From Macrostomum lignano (taxonomy: Eukaryota), in contig NIVC01001172.1 in assembly GCA_002269645.1 (NCBI GenBank), positions 62,001-126,000 of the forward strand: a stretch of DNA of 64,000 bases, read 5' to 3'. Under the pieces are notes generated by a model. It had not been told where the DNA came from. It did no database searches and worked only from the letters and a program-made list of their open reading frames with translations. A program made the translations under genes and the position numbers. Positions within the stretch are counted from its first letter, which is position 1. Each line of letters begins with the position of its first letter. Of this stretch, positions 62,898-64,000 are shown piece after piece.

Positions 62898-64000
<1,103 letters not shown>

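Overview
This is eukaryotic (animal, probably lophotrochozoan) genomic DNA. GC-rich, polyQ-laden coding exons separated by AT-rich, minisatellite-stuffed introns are consistent with a free-living flatworm such as Macrostomum; that taxon is my inference and was not tested. Six protein-coding genes are supportable. (1) An intronless ADP/ATP carrier (1198-2136, -). (2) A SynGAP/DAB2IP/RASAL2-family RasGAP spliced over about 32 kb (14383-46548, +; 10 phase-consistent exons, about 1254 aa). (3) A divergent DEG/ENaC channel (51371-53813, -; 5' exon not found). (4) A three-exon, single-domain phosphoethanolamine N-methyltransferase (56778-58980, -; 272 aa). (5) SDHAF4 (60793-61134, -). (6) Elongin C (62898-63257, -). 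More than 30 tandem-repeat arrays fill the introns and intergenic DNA and explain most long ORFs in the supplied track. Mobile elements include a hAT-type non-autonomous element with a perfect 8-bp TSD, a tRNA-derived CORE-SINE and fragments of a second SINE. The most notable observations are the MT2-only PMT, a sharply bounded 3-kb CpG-depleted block containing a nested palindrome, oppositely oriented sister satellites inside one intron, splice-site-abutting private minisatellites, and satellites built from transcription-factor-like motifs (CCAAT, E-box, GAS). No CRISPR, rRNA or intact tRNA genes were seen.
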